Origin: Octopus sinensis
Lineage: Eukaryota
Assembly (NCBI RefSeq): GCF_006345805.1
Contig: NC_042997.1
Span: 69,564,001-69,628,000 of the forward strand
Direction: 5' to 3'
Length of the DNA: 64,000 nt
The position numbers and the translations under genes were made by a program. This document shows, piece by piece, positions 23,950 through 38,126 of this stretch. The stretch's first letter is position 1. Each line of letters starts with the position of its first letter. The notes under the pieces were generated by a model. It made no database searches. It was not told the DNA's origin and saw nothing but the letters and a program-made list of their open reading frames with translations.

Positions 23950-24400
23950 TGTTTGCTGAACTTTTAAGTCCCTATTTCGGCTTCTTCAGTTAGCACACAG
24001 CCCTCCTAATCTAACTCTATAAATTCACTTACGCCTATGAGGTTATAGCTTGTTTTTCAAATGGCTGTAAATATCAGATCGTCTCGCAGGGTGCGGGGCA
24101 TCCACCTTTAACATTCTTCTGGCCTTCCTTTTAGGTATACATTTTTCTTATAGAGAAGCCTTTTTTTGCTTTCGCTACTGTTTCCAATACATCGCATGTT
24201 TATTGTTTATTACTTGCTCCTCATCTCGGGTTGATGGACTGCTGCTGGGGATTATGACTGAGAAACAGAGAGCTGATCATTAGCAATATCTTACATCATT
24301 TCCGCAGCCTTCGATCACCGATTTTAGCAACAATATTTTTTGTGACCTGCAAGTTTTCTTCCGATTTTTAAAGTTATTCAAGGTAGAAAAACCTATACAA
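23950..24400 (-). mobile_element. Possible degraded RTE-type LINE fragment
   Basis: Minus strand MRCIGN...KGRPEEC*RW...LRDDL resembles the RTE LRWxGH...GRPxxxW...xxDL signature. Confidence 0.3.
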
Positions 24401-25474
24401 ATGTTTCTTGTTGCCATATGTGTGACGGTTAAGTTTGTTGCCCTACCACATCAAACACGATGGTTTACTTTCTGCATACAGCACCGTATATAGCTCCAGA
24501 TCATACTTGTAGTCCTCTGGGATTGTTAGGATTTGCATATTCGAGCAGACCCCTCCCGACCATGTATTATTTCTAGTTATTTTGACGCATACTAGAAAAC
24601 TGACGATGAATGACGGGCCAGCGCTATCACCAATATCCGACGTAAACGCTGACGTGCTGCATCAATACTATACGACGCACGAGTTCGGTTCGCTTTTTTA
24701 TCTGCCCAAGGATTCAAAAAGCGCCATACAATTCGTATTTCACTACACCAAGCGATGGGGAGGAATCGATACACATTTAAACCAGGGCCACCACCAGTTT
24801 TGAATTTAAGGGTGTAAATGAAACTCATGATTTCTTAGATATGCAACGATATGTAACCTTCTTCCGTATTCGTTCTTAGATAATGACCTGAAGCAAGAAT
24901 GAACTTTCTTTCGTTACATACCTCTTTAATGTATTTCCTTATCCAACGTTTCTCTCTTACGAGTTACACCAGCAAAGAATTGTAAGCAGTCCTGTTTGTG
25001 TCACTGAAACAACATTTTCATTAAAATCAGATTGTTTCCTTCAGTAGGTAAAATATGCGTGAGCTATTGTTTGCAATATCATTCAAATTGTTCAAATTAG
25101 AATTATGAACTGCTAAGATATCCTTTATAGTGTGTACAATGCATAAGTCTAGGTGTGAAATTAAATTTGTTTACTTTCATTCGTTTTTCTTCTGTTCATT
25201 TCATTTCCTTTTTTCCAGAGGCGTGTCTTTGATGTGGCAGAAATCCATTTTGCATTGAGTTGTAAGCAGGAACAGAAAAATAAAATTATACCTAAGAATG
25301 ACAGACTTTATGTTCTTTCTTAGTATAGTGTAGACATTCAATGCATTGCCAGAATTTCTAACTTTAAAAATACAACCAGAAAGAAATATTTTTCTTTCGA
25401 TTGCGAATGATAAAACACCCAAAAATTCTCGGAGTGAGGTGAAAATACATTCACTCACGGCAAGATCCAATAGT

Positions 25475-25625
<151 letters not shown>

Positions 25626-27269
25626 GGTACAGTATTATGAAAATGAAAATTTCTTTCCTGTCAAAATACGAAGAAACTATTTATGAGCGTGATATATCAA
25701 CTAATGGCATTACACGTGTATGAGAATTCGTAGAAATGTTAGAAAACCAACTCTGAAACTCACTTCGTTGACGTACTTTAATTCTTCACTAAATTTATGC
25801 ATAAAATGTTTACTGTTGTAACAATAAATAAATGGCATTAGTAAATTCGTTCCACTGAAGAATTTGTATTGAAATTCCTTCCGGTTGATTCCATTTCCAT
25901 ACACTTGAACCAAGATGAAAATAGCTATTCGACACTACAAGCAGAAGATTATGTCCCGAATGGTATTTGAAATAAACATTTTGTGTAAATTTATAGCTTT
26001 TTGTCTATATTTCCCTTACTTTAAGACCTTGTGAAACCTTGCGTATTCGTGTATGTATTTTGCATATGTGTTTGTATGTGTGTGTGTATTTGTATGTGTG
26101 TGTGTGTATGTGTGCGTATGTGTGTGTGAGCGTGTAAAATGAGAAAGAGTATGTCAACTTTTGGAATCCATGCGAAACTCCTGGTTTTTGCAGTTTTTCA
26201 GGCTTTTTTAAAAATCTTTGCTGATAATGTGCTTCCACTTGTGCTATGGTTCCCCACATTCGACGGAAATTTGAGCTAAGATATTGTTGTTATTGTTGCT
26301 ATTGTTTCTGCTGAGCTTTTAATTTAGCCTAGACAAGCTCACCTACGATCAAAGGTATTTCAACTATCACTGCCAGTCAATTTTTTAAGTCGTTAGAGCG
26401 TTAGTTGAAAGTAAACAACTGATATTTCTAGCAGGAACAGCGACTACGCAGAGACATATTAGTTACTTCTTTGTTGTTGTAAACTGTTGTAATTAATTAA
26501 TCCTACATTATATCTCATCGAAAAGCTCCATAATCAAAGGAGTTCCTACCATGACCCTCATTTATTTGCATTTATAAAAAATTTTAACCAGACTATATTA
26601 TTCAATTAGATATCATTGTTAAGAAATTTAGTATGTACTTTTATAGAAATTACATTGCTATTTCTAGCAGATCGTGGCTACGTTGTTGTCGGTACCATTG
26701 TTATTTTCATCCACCATTAAAAATTTAATTAGTATTTTGCTGGTTTGCAGTACTGAGATCAATTCATCAACAAAAAACATTTTCGCGCAAAAACTTAGTA
26801 CATATTGTGTACATGTACATCTATTCTGTTTAACTTTGCAGCAACCGGGGTTTAACATCTTTTCTGTGGATCTTTTCAAAAGGAAAAAAGGGGCAGCAGC
26901 CATGTCCAGTGTAAGGCTTCTGAAACTAGATCGTGAGAGTGGAAAAAGAACCAGAATTGAGGAATTGCTGCAGCAGGAAACAGTGTATCAAGTTATTTAG
27001 TTTTCGTTATATTAGAAACTTGTTGCAAATGCTTGCAGCAGAATGAGTTCCGTTTACCGGGCAAAGGATTAACTTTACTATCAAAAAACAGGACTGGTTC
27101 ACCAGATGGCTTGCAGAGAATCCGGTTACCTAATCCTGCTTGTAAACTTTCCAGAGACGGCACTTACTCAAGGTACCACGCAGTTAGATCGAACCCGAAG
27201 TCACGCGATTGCCAAAAGAAGTCCTTCACTATACGGACATGCTTGCATCCTACATACTACTACAACTAC

Positions 27270-27724
27270 ATAAGCTATTTGCTCTTTGTGAAGCATAAGC
27301 CGTCGATTGCTTTTCTTCACTGTTCTTGATCCTGGACTGTCTTTTCTCTTTCATTCCAGTTGGATCCCTGCTTTTTCCGCCTCTTTGGCTCCCCGCTGCA
27401 CTTAAAGCATATATTTCTTTGGTGGAAGGCCTTCTTCTCCCAGGTCTTGTCGATTTTGAATTGTTTTTGATATTTCTGCAACTTCCATTTTTGTAGATAG
27501 ATCATTGACCTTACGGGAACCCACTTTAACTCTAGAAAGAGCTGGTCCATATCAGTCTGGCCTCTGTTTTTCCACCTGTCCAGTATGGGAAGCCCTACCA
27601 AGAGCTTGCATTCCGCTGAAAACTCTCTTGAGGTTATTGAAGCACACAAGTCACTACACTGCAACAAGAAATGGACCTTATGGTGGATGTTTGCGTCAGC
27701 AAGATTGATGATTAATGTTTCCAT
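27270..27724 (-). mobile_element. Possible RTE-type LINE 3' remnant
   Basis: ORF 27317-27724 has LLVGLPILDRWKN and IDKTWEKKAF...KRRK, resembling RTE/BovB-like C-terminal motifs. Degenerate. Confidence 0.35.
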
Positions 27725-28569
27725 TTGAATTAATGGGTAACTCAGACCTCATCGCATAGTATTTGCTTTTGCATATACCCGCTTTATGAAGCGGGTATAA
27801 GCAAATGCTATGAATGGAACTCATCTCTCTTCTAACTTTTAACTGCAATCATCAAAATACTGTGTGTGTGTGTGAGAGAGAGTGTGTGTAGGAGTGTGTG
27901 TGTGTGAGTGTGTGTGGGGGGTATACCTGCGTCTTTGTGTGTAGTGCATGTAGCTATTTCTGCACAATGGCTTTAGGATACTTGTTGAGTAATTTGGGTG
28001 CAGCTATTTTCGGTGAACTCTGTCGTTATATTATAAAAAGTCATACTAGTAACGTATCGCGCAATTTTTGGCGTCAGTAGCGCTCTGCCTCTTATCCTGA
28101 AAACAGATTAGTAAAAAAAATGTCTGCAAATATTTTGTCTGCCTTCCTGTTCATTATTATGTGGTTTATGCAGTGATATTCCTCTACCAAACTTAAATCG
28201 TAAAGTCTTGAAACTTTTATTATATAAGGTACCAATTCCAAAGTAAACTGTGCAATATGGTGGGTAAGTTTCAGAGTTTTGACAAAGGGGTTTTTCCTCT
28301 GTGACAAAACCTTAAACAACTTCTTCAATTAATACTTGAAGTTGTCGTTGATGCTATTTTCTGATAAAGCATAAAGTTGCATTCTGCAAATTTGAATATT
28401 TTAAAACTCCCGATTGTTCTTCAGCACGAAAGTGTGACTTCGTAGATGTGGATCGACTAGCAAATATTGAGAATAGGCTTATCCTGTCAAACCTTACTAA
28501 TCTCAACCACATGACAGCTAATTCAGTAAAAATACACTTCCCTTATCTTTTTCAATATATACTATGCTT

Positions 28570-28749
28570 AAGACGACAAAGTGGCAGAATCGTTAGCATG
28601 TTCTGAGTTCAAATTCTGCAGAGGCCAACTTTACCTTCCATTTTTTCGGGGTCGATAAAATAAGTACTATTTGACGACTGGGGTCGATGTAATCGACTTA
28701 CACCTTTCCCCGAACTTGCTCACCGTGTGCCAAAATTTGAGACCAATAT
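28570..28749 (+). mobile_element. tRNA-derived SINE family B, internally deleted
   Basis: GTGGCAGAATCGTTAGCA joined directly to TGTTCTGAGTTCAAATTC...GGGGTCGATAAAATAAGTAC...GGGGTCGATGTAATCGAC. Confidence 0.85.
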
Positions 28750-28800
28750 GTATTATACTTTTACTCACTAGTAAACATCAAAAGTACCACTATAAAGGGG

Positions 28801-29193
28801 ACTCTAGACACAGGGCCTGAAATTTTGGGGGAGGGAGCCAGTGACCTAGATCGACCCCAGTACGCAACCGGTACCAAATTTATCGACCCTGAAACGATGA
28901 AAGGCAAAGTCGACCCCGGCGGAATTTGAACTCAGAACGTAGCGGCAGACGAAATACCTATTTCTTTACTACCCACAAGGGGCTAAACACAGAGAGGACA
29001 AACAATGACAGACAAACGGATTAAGTCGATTATGTTGAACCCAGTGCGTAACTGGTACTTATTTAAATCGACCCCGAAAGGATGAAAGGCAAAGTCGACC
29101 CCGGCGGAATTTGAACTCAGAACGTAACGGCAGACGAAATACGTTTACGCATTTCGCCCGGCGTGCTAACGATTCTGCCTGCTCACCACCCTT
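28801..29193 (-). mobile_element. tRNA-derived SINE family B, dimeric form
   Basis: Two copies of ATCGACCC...GATGAAAGGCAAAGTCGACCCCGGCGGAATTTGAACTCAGAACG...GCAGACGAAATAC (near 28882-28958 and 29068-29142), with a single head at the right end. Confidence 0.9.
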
Positions 29194-29995
29194 GTTAGGT
29201 AAAATATTGTAAGAACGCATGTAAGTATTAGACTAAATACAGCTGGAAAAAGAATAGATAGTAGCCGTTGGAAAGCATTTGCTTATAAGTTGGTTCGATC
29301 AGTTGTGAGTTTGGGTTAAAAAGCAGCTATTCTTCTCGATTGTGAGTTCTAATAACACTCTTCGGTAACTATATTTAATAACTGCTACGGGCGTTTGCAC
29401 TAAAGATTATAAGAGGTGACATGAAGAAAATGTCCTAAATTCAGCAACTATCTACTCGCTGATCTCTTAATCCAAGTGGTTGTTTCCCTGCGGCGACTGT
29501 GATATTCATAATGGTGAGGCCAGTGCAAAGATCAGTAAAAGTAGGAGGAAGTAAAAATTTGTACACACACTTTTCTATGTTTTTTTTATTATATCCTTTA
29601 CATGAACACACATCCTTTGCTCATGGTAGATTTCTTGTTCGCCATTACAGTTTTCTATATGCGTACATACGAGAGTTGAACACAGACGCACATTCACACA
29701 TATGTCTATGTGTATAGGCTTGTCATTGTACGTATGTATGTATGTATGTATGTATGTATGTATGTATGTATGTATGTATGTATGTATGTATGTATAATTG
29801 TTTGAAAGTATAAGTATGTAGGTGCGAACGTATATTATGTGTGTGTGTGTGGTACTACGTGTTTGTGTATATACTCATGCATACGATACACACATACATT
29901 CATATATCATATATTTTAAATTCTCATACACATAATTACATAATATGCATAAAATAAATTATGCATTCATATGTCAATATGTATATATATGTATA

Positions 29996-30893
29996 CAAGG
30001 TGCGGTGAATAAACTTTTGTCTGAATTACGCAAAAATGAAAATAACACTGACATCTCATTTTAACAGATATATTTACCAAAATTACAGAAAAATATCTTG
30101 AAAAACTAAAGAGTAAATTCATTCAATAAAATCGCCATTGGCTTCAACCACAGCCTCCAGACGACTTCAGAATATCCTGCAACTCTTCTGGACAGTCACT
30201 TTGTTTAAGTTGGTAAATGCTACCATAATCCATTCCCTCAGTTCATCTTTGGTGTTACAATGAGTTTTGTTAGTCTCTTGCTCAACTGCCCCCCGCCCAC
30301 ATACACACATAACACTCAAGGGGTTCGCAGTCTGGGGACTTAGGTGGCCAGATGTTAGGGGTGATGAAGTCACAGAAATTGTCTGTCAACCATGACTGGG
30401 TTCTCCTGTTTGTTTGGCATAGTGCAGAGTCTTGTTGCCAGACATAAGGTCTTCCAGCAGCTACCCTCGCGACTCAGGGCAGCACTACCTCCTCCAGGCA
30501 CTTGATGTAGGACCCGTGTTGAGACTGAGGCCGTGTGGGAAGATGAATGGAGGCATAAAGCCGCCATCACTAGTGATCACTCCAAACACCATGATATTGA
30601 CTTGATGTTTGGTTTTTATCATTCTCGATACATGTCCTCAGATTGTACTTTCTTCAGATTGACACCCAAACACTCTGAAATGTTCGTATTGGAGCTTCCG
30701 CAGCGAATGCCAGGCAGTACAGTATGTCATTTCCAAATTTCTGGCAGAGTGAATAGAGTCATGGTGCTGTTTTTCTCACAGACGGTGCCCAACTGACCCT
30801 CATATACTGTGTAGTCGACAAAATCAAAAACAAAGAATGTGCATGCGCGAAATTGAAAGTATAAAATGGCAACAATTTGCCCATCGCATCCTG
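29996..30893 (-). mobile_element. maT/DD37D-type transposon, both TIRs, internal deletion
   Basis: TA|CAAGGTGCGGTG at the left and CATCGCATCCTG|TA at the right. Minus strand reads IMVFGVITSDG...WQQDS...WPPKSPDCEPLE, with exactly 37 residues between D2 and the third catalytic position. The N-terminus (MTLFTLPEIWK) is joined to this near 30625. Confidence 0.88.
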
Positions 30894-31365
30894 TATATGT
30901 AATGCACAGGCATACATATGATTGTGTGAATTCAAATGTGTTATTAAAAATGGACATATATAAATATATGTGTGTTATTCTATTGACAGATATTGAACAT
31001 ATAAATACAAGTAAAACTTATAAAACTGAGTCGGTTAGCGTGAGAAAGGATACCAGATCGAAAAATGAAAATTCAAGAAATAGAGTTGTCAAACTTCAAG
31101 CTAAAGAGAAAATGAATAAGAAAGCGGTTTAGGATAGTTTCAAATATTCTGAATAAATGAATAGAGAAATAGTGTGTATTTAAAACGTTTTCGATATATA
31201 AATTAATCTAACGGTTGAAGGACTGTATATTTTGAAAATATAAACAAAATAGTATTTGTCTGTAACGGTTAAATTCAAATGAGAGACTGATGACAGACAA
31301 TAAAGCATTGTATAGAATATTATTTAAAACGTCTTTTATATATATTTTATACATATATATTATTT

Positions 31366-32703
31366 ACTTGGGCTGTTGATGTAGTCCACTATAGTGCACC
31401 ATTTAAAAATGGATACGAGCATAGATTAACCAACTCGATCGCACAACCCGAAAGACAATGACAATGCACGGTGCCCTCCACCTTAAGGCGAACGTACACA
31501 GGCTCTACATGAAGAGGTGTGAAGGTGGACGTGAGTTGATTAGCGTACAGGAGTGCATCAGCAATGAAAGAAGAAACATGGCAGAATATTTGGTAAACAG
31601 CAAACGAGATCTACAGTAGTATGCTGCTAATGCAGAAGGGAGGAGGAGGAGGAGGAGGAGGAGGAGGAGGAGGAGGAGGAGGAGGAGGAAGAAGAAGAAG
31701 AAGAAGAAGAAGAAGAAGAAGAAAAAGAAGAAGAAGAAGAAGAAGAAGAAGAAGAAGAAGAGAAGAAGAAGAAGAAGAAGAAGAAGAAGAAGAGAAGAAG
31801 AAGAAGAAGAAGAAGAAGAAGAAGAAACAAAAGCTATGTAAAACAACTTGAATCCAAACTAAAACTGGAATAAAAATTTACACATGCACAGCCTATCACG
31901 ATGGAAAGAAAAGCTCCTACATTGCAAGTATTGGGTTAAGCTAAATAGAAAATAAATAGACTAAGCAAAATCCCAACAATGGCTGAGAAACTCAGGACTT
32001 AAAGCAGAAACTGAAGGATTTTTAACTGCCGCACCAGAGCAAAGCCTTCCCACCAGAAATCACCAAACACACGTAATGAAAAGAAATACAAGTAACTGCA
32101 GAATATATGGTGATGGAGAATAAACAATAAACTGGCTGCCCAGTCTTGGCTAAAAAAGAATATATACTGGAAGCTATGCCAACATTATGAAATGACAACT
32201 GAAAAAAGATGCTATAGGCACAACCCCAAAAAGTTCACAGAAAACGAGAAAGCAACCATACTCTGGGATATGCCAAAACACTCAGATAGAGTAATTAAGG
32301 CTAATAAACCGGATATAGTTGTCAGAGATAACCAAAACAAAAGATGCCTTCTAATAGATGTATCAGTACCAACAAATCACAACGTTTCTCTAAAAGAAAC
32401 GCGAAACTCAAAATACAAAGACCTGGAAATGAAGATAACTCGAAAGTGGAGCCTAAAAACAAGCAATTCCTATAATTGTAGGCATATTAGGTATGATAGA
32501 AATGCATGACCAAAACACCAGGACTTACAAGTGTATATAACTTACAGAAAATAGCACTACTAGGCACCGCACATATCTTACGTAAAGCAATTTTAATACA
32601 TGTGAAAATAAGAACATACAACAAACCACAGCACTTAGCCAAGGCACACAGAGCTGCGATCGGTAGTGCAGTGAAAGCACGTGATAAAAATAAGACGACT
32701 GAA
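31366..32703 (+). mobile_element. R4/Dong-like non-LTR retrotransposon 3' fragment, copy 1
   Basis: WAVDVVHYSA...DRTTRKTMTMHGALH...RLYMKRCEGGRELISV, then WLRNSGLKAETEGF...EQSLPTRN, ILWDMP...ANKPDIVV...LIDVSVP (restriction-like endonuclease PD-D motif), KYKDLE and LQKIALLGTAHILRK. Interrupted by (GGA)(AGA)n at 31637-31826 and ends in an (AAC)(AAT)n tail. Confidence 0.85.
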
Positions 32704-32709
32704 TAACAA

Positions 32710-33408
<699 letters not shown>

Positions 33409-33427
33409 AATAATAATAATAATAAAA

Positions 33428-34377
33428 GGACTGATTCTCGTTGCTGAAGACCAATGTCTGCGAACAACTATAAAAGCAGCGACTTAATGAAAACAGGCCC
33501 TAACACCAAATGCAGAATATGCAACCAGCACAATCAGACAGTTGACAACATCTCTAGCTGTCCAGTTCTTGCCAAATTTAAATATATATACAGACACGAC
33601 TAAGTAAGCAGCTCTATTTACTGGACAATATGCCAACACTACAAGATAAATACTGACAATAAATAATATAAGCATGTGCCAAGCAAAGTACAAGACAATG
33701 ACCAGACCACAATCATCTGAGATATGCCTGTTCAAACCCACAAAGAAATAAAGGCTAATCGCCCAGACATAATAATCAAGGATTGGAGAGAAAAAACAAA
33801 CCCAGCTTACTGATAGATATTGCAGTCCCTTCTGACCAAAATATTATCCAAAAAGAAATTGTCAAAGTACAAAATCCTTGAAATTAAAGTATTCAAGATG
33901 TGGGGCATGAAAGTGAAAACAATACCAATAATAATTCAAACATTAGGCATGATAAAATAAAACATATGAAGCTATACCTGGTACCAGGACACTCAAGACT
34001 ACACACTATCCAAAAAATAGCCCTGCTAGTTACAGTTCACATCCTACACAAGACACTATCAATTCAATAATACAACCCAAACAAAACAATTCACAAACAC
34101 CAGACACACTCTATACAGCAATTATCCAATGAAATAAGCTACCACCAGCAAGACGGATACCCAACTCAATTACACACACAACACATAATACAAACACTTA
34201 TACAACAAGACTGCACCACACCTCAACATAAAAAAGACGAAACTGACGCAATACATTACTAGGAAGAGTTTGCACTCGCCCAATAGCAAAAGAGGACACA
34301 ATGCTGCACACAACCCAGCCAACGGAAGTTCAGTTAGTGATGCAGTAGAAATTAGGCTGAAACTACCAAATATTGAA
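33428..34377 (+). mobile_element. R4/Dong-like 3' fragment, copy 2
   Basis: GLILVAEDQ, a zinc-knuckle-like CRICNQHNQTVDNISSCP, DMPVQTHKEIKANRPDIIIKD, IAVP, and a degenerate TVHILHKTL end, followed by a ~300-bp 3' UTR shared with copy 3. Confidence 0.82.
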
Positions 34378-34459
34378 TGATGATGATGATGACAACGACG
34401 ACGACGACGACGACAACAACGACAACAACAACAACAACAACAACAACAATAATAATAAT

Positions 34460-34796
34460 ATGGCTTCTGATCTTTACTGATTGGAAGTGTTATCATTTAC
34501 AGTGTTTTGTCTTGGTATAAAAGATGGGCTACAGCAAATATTCTGCTCAATACCACAGATTTGCTTGTCAGTTGTTTGACCTTAACCAGTTGTTTGACCT
34601 TAACCTACTCGGCCTGAAGTAAATTATAACTGAGCCCCACTTGCAAGGTAATGTGCTGTTTATCTTGATATGAGATCACCATGTCGCGCACATATGGTTG
34701 TGATGCCCTTATCAGGCGGGTAGTCATGATAGGTATACTGGGCTTCGTATATTTTACCCCAGTGTCACTTTGATGGCATGCACTGCTCCCTCACTC
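34460..34796 (+). mobile_element. Non-coding retroposon, copy 2 (5'-truncated, internal deletion)
   Basis: Same sequence as 32853-33408. A CAGTTGTTTGACCTTAAC tandem duplication near 34568-34605 is followed by loss of about 200 bp. The tail is (TAC)n/(TGC)n. Confidence 0.8.
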
Positions 34797-34798
34797 AA

Positions 34799-34886
<88 letters not shown>

Positions 34887-34911
34887 ACTACTACTACTAC
34901 TACTACTACAT

Positions 34912-34949
<38 letters not shown>

Positions 34950-34950
34950 G

Positions 34951-34982
<32 letters not shown>

Positions 34983-35039
34983 ACTATACTACTATACTAC
35001 TACTACTACTACTAATAATAATAATAATAATAATAATAA

Positions 35040-35070
<31 letters not shown>

Positions 35071-35073
35071 AAG

Positions 35074-35105
<32 letters not shown>

Positions 35106-35106
35106 C
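34797..35106. repeat. Compound array (TAC)-(TGC)-(TAC)-(TAA)-(GAA)-(CAA)
   Basis: Directly visible. Confidence 0.97.
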
Positions 35107-35523
35107 TTGGAGTATTGGGCATGATAGAAAGACATATGAACGAAAACGTAGATGCTATACTTTGATCCTCAACACTATACACTATCCAAAAACAGCCCTG
35201 CTAGGAACAGCCCACATCCTACGCAAGACACTATGAATTCAATTATACAACCTAAACAAAATAACCCACAAACACAAAACACACTCTACACAACAATTAT
35301 CCAGTGAAATACACTTGCACCAGTAATCCAGAAAACCAAGGCATTACACACTCAACAAACAATACAAGCAGTAATACAACAAAAGACGGCACCTCACCTC
35401 AAAAGAAATAAACTAGCACAGTACAATACCGACAAGAGTTTGCGCACTGTCACCAACAGGAAAGAGCACACAATGTTGCACACACCCCAGCAACACGGTG
35501 GTGTAGCAGGTGATGCAGTAGAA

Positions 35524-35524
<1 letters not shown>
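35107..35524 (+). mobile_element. R4/Dong-like 3' fragment, copy 3
   Basis: Short coding end PKTALLGTAHILRKTL*, plus a 3' UTR homologous to 34060-34350, ending in (AAT)n. Confidence 0.8.
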
Positions 35525-35582
<58 letters not shown>

Positions 35583-35584
<2 letters not shown>

Positions 35585-35963
35585 TAAAGATCTTGAAATA
35601 GAAATCAGCAAAATGTGGAACCTGAAGACTAAAACAATACCTGTTGTCATAGGTGCCCTGGGAATGATAGAAAAAGGGGCTGATTGCTACCTATCTCAGA
35701 TACCAGGAAACCCCAAAATGGCAGAAATTCAAAAGATAGTGCTCATGGGAACTGCTCATATCCTACGCAAAATACTTTGTATGTAATCTCAAGGTTTAAA
35801 ACAAACATTTTTTTTTTAGACATCCACTAGTACAACACAAAAAAACAACCAAATATATGGCACACTAGGCATAACAACAACGTGAACTTCCAACCTGTTG
35901 TCTCTTGAGGTCTCCGGGTGAGACTTGGAGCCAACTTGTACAAATATAAAGCAAAAGTCAAAC

Positions 35964-35967
<4 letters not shown>
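35583..35967 (+). mobile_element. R4/Dong-like 3' fragment, copy 4 (well preserved)
   Basis: Uninterrupted YKDLEIEISKMWNLKTKTIPVVIGALGMIEKG...IQKIVLMGTAHILRKILCM*, a distinct 3' UTR, and (AAT)n on both sides. Confidence 0.88.
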
Positions 35968-36040
<73 letters not shown>

Positions 36041-36189
36041 TAATAATAATGATAATAATAATAATATTTACTGCGGAATACATTGGGCATGTTTCCAAAC
36101 GCTCCAAGTAAGTTCAGTTGAAAATATTTATTTACACCATGATTGGTGTTGTTTTGCAATATTTATTTTATTTCAATTTGGGAATAGAA

Positions 36190-38126
36190 ACACCAAGAAT
36201 CTGTTACTGGTTTTCTGTGGGTGTTTAGCCCCCAGAGGGGCCATATTCGTCCCAGGAAATAATTTCGGCGTGCGTTTAATTTATTTGAATCAAATACAAC
36301 TCAACAAGATGGCGGACCGCGTCTTGAGAGAGTTAAGAAAAAATAAAACAACCCCTCCTACGAATATGGTAACGGCTGAAGATTTCTCTCCCCTTCCCTC
36401 CGTTACTGGCATCAATACAAGGGAAAGGTAGGAGGAGAAAAGCAAGACTGTCACGGTACAAAGTCAGTCGGACAGGAAGAACAATAGTTGTAGAAATAGC
36501 AACAGTAGTAGCAACGACAGCAATAACGAGAGCAAAACTGACAACAGCAATAACAAAAAAAGCCCATTACCAACAACATCGACAAGAACAACAACAACAA
36601 CAATGGCAGTAGCAACAACAATAACAGCAACAACAACAACAACTACAACAACAAGGAGAACAGCACCAATAACAAAAGCACGTTCACAGCAGCAAGAGCG
36701 AAGAACAAACAACAAATTACCGTGTACCTCTCAACTAGGGACAAGATGCTAACATAGGCATGGAAACTAATGAAACAAGAGAAAACTTGAGCCAGTATGA
36801 CTATTTTGTTAGAGGCAATTGAAGCAGTAGAAAGAAGAACGCTGCTTTTGAGATGCAACTCAGCAGACACGGAAAGAGCGGCTTTAATATCTCTAGTAGA
36901 TATTGAGGCGGAGCTGAGGTGTATCAGAAATGACATCGAATACATAGCGAGGGACAAACAATACTGTACCATTTCGGTGCTGTTTAAGTCAGAAGCCCTC
37001 GCTATGAAACATTCAATGACCCCCTACAAAACCGGCAAAGTCTTTATGTACCCATTCCCCATGGGGAAACGTACAGCGCATGTCCGCATTGCTAGGATCA
37101 CACCAGGACTCGATACGTGGTGGATTCTGGGAGGCGTAATCGCGGAGGGGACGGATATTGTCCCGATAGAGGCGACAAGAATTGTCAGGGAGGACTGATC
37201 CGGGGTTGACCTGGAGATACTGCTCCAGATCAGACCCGAAAACAAACAAAAAAATCCTGGACCACATCCGTCTCCAGAACAGGACAGTGATACACATAAC
37301 TGTGGGCAAAAGGCTGATGCTCCCAACTGGTACAAAGTGCAAGAGGTCAAAGGCCTCCACTGCTGAGTACGCCGGGACAAGAGCCACAAACAACACCAGC
37401 ACCGGTAAAACCGCCAGAGAGTTCAAGATTTTGGCCAAGCTATTAGCAAAGAGGTTGGCGCTTATCGTCGAGGGTTCGGTTGCAAAGGCGCAAACCTGTG
37501 TAATCCGGACTAGGTCCATACACGACAATCTTCACCACATGCGATACATCATAGAAAGGGTACGGGGTAAATCTGGCTTCGGTGGAACGCTGATGAATTT
37601 AGATCAATCGAAAGCATTCGATAGAGTCGACCATCGATATCTAGAAGCTTTCCTTAAAGCGGCTGGCTTCGGCCACATCTTCAGAGATTGGATCGCTGCA
37701 ATGCACAGTGGCATCTGCTTGGTGATCAAAGTTAATGGTCACCTCTCGGAACCGTATCAGATATCCCGATCGGTCCATCAAGAGTGCCCTCTCTCCTCCC
37801 TTCTGTACATATTGACCCTTGCGCTTTACTGCGGAAGTTGGAGCTGCTGCAGGGTATCCCGCTCAAACCAGGATACAGAAGGGCTGTGTCGGTGTGTGCG
37901 AATGACATCACGGTGATGGTGTCGGACACCTCAGAAATCGAGGTGATCGGCACATCATTGGAAGGATATGAAAAGTTGACGGGAGCAAAATTTTAGCCCG
38001 GAAAAGTCGGTGGGCTTGCAACTTGCCACCTGGAGAAGAAAGTTCATGCCGTCCAACAGCGTCGTTGGGCGCTGGATAGACGGACGGGTAAAGTTGCTTG
38101 GGGTTTGGTTCGGACTAGACCTCCAG
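36190..38126 (+). mobile_element. Tx1/L1-like LINE: 5' end, ORF1 remnant fused by deletion to the RT domain
   Basis: AAGATGGCGGAC start near 36306 and ORF1-like YPFPMGKRTAHVRIARI. From about 37419 the RT motifs run FKILAKLLAKRL, RSIHDNL, LDQSKAFDRVDH, VHQECPLSSLLY, a YADD-like CANDIT, and GVWFG. Confidence 0.85.

Noticed and set aside
26842-27000. Plus-strand exon candidate after TTTAACTTTGCAG (QPGFNIFSVDL...)
   Set aside because: No good donor before the stop codon, the peptide is unrecognised, and it is adjacent to LINE/SINE debris.
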